IMG/VR virus record: IMGVR_UViG_3300025751_000149
Span: 1 to 24,275 of that record
Source of the DNA: a virus
Lineage: Duplodnaviria > Caudoviricetes
Length of the DNA stretch: 24,275 nt
Reading direction: 5' to 3' (one strand)
Shown: positions 24,111 to 24,275 of the stretch, piece after piece
How the letters are laid out: every line of letters begins with the position of its first letter
Position numbering within the stretch: the stretch's first letter is position 1
Notes under the pieces: generated by a model
The model's input: only the letters and a program-made list of their open reading frames with translations
Told to the model about the DNA's origin: nothing
Databases searched by the model: none
Program-made: the position numbers and the translations under genes

Positions 24111-24275
24111 ATGACCCAGCTCCCCAATTGGTTCGCCAACGACGGGCAAGCAAATTTTCATGCCCACCTGAGCGAACTATCTTCCACACCAATTAGAGCT
24201 CTACAAATTGGTGCTTACACGGGGGATGCAAGCTTGTGGATGTATTTTAATCTTCTCAAGCACCCCGACTCTGTT
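24111..24275 (+). CDS. Class I SAM-dependent methyltransferase (Methyltransf_24-like), 3'-truncated; not in the ORF track
   Basis: GGAGAG SD. Translates as MTQLPNWFANDGQANFHAHLSELSSTPIRALQIGAYTGDASLWMYFNLLKHPDSV, where LQIGAYTGDAS is a motif-I-like SAM-binding loop. Confidence 0.8.
   Translation, partial: MTQLPNWFANDGQANFHAHLSELSSTPIRALQIGAYTGDASLWMYFNLLKHPDSV

Overview
This window is a co-oriented (+ strand), densely packed virion-structural cluster of a large tailed bacteriophage. Shine-Dalgarno motifs and TAATG stop/start overlaps indicate prokaryotic translation; some domain types hint at an actinobacterial host, but that is inference. It holds 13 CDSs, two truncated by the window edges: seven Thr-rich collagen-like (Gly-Pro-Thr/Gly-Ala-Thr) fibre genes built from a shared kit of small globular modules, a 7-blade Asp-box beta-propeller, a 55-aa accessory protein, two giant repeat proteins (823 and 2889 aa), a subtilisin (S8) protease and the start of a SAM-dependent methyltransferase. 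The most striking observation is that the two giant ORFs look like one ancestral gene split in the middle of a repeat unit by a fibrinogen-like domain plus a stop/promoter/RBS, and that the protein grew by nested ('Russian doll') domain insertions. Other points are eukaryote-like domains (fibrinogen-like, ALK/LTK Gly-rich) missing their cysteines, an intact versus ligand-less pair of cupredoxin-like domains, and an RBS-sequestering inverted repeat with a promoter-like element in its loop. No RNA genes, CRISPR array or mobile element were seen. Domain calls rest on motif recognition, not database searches.
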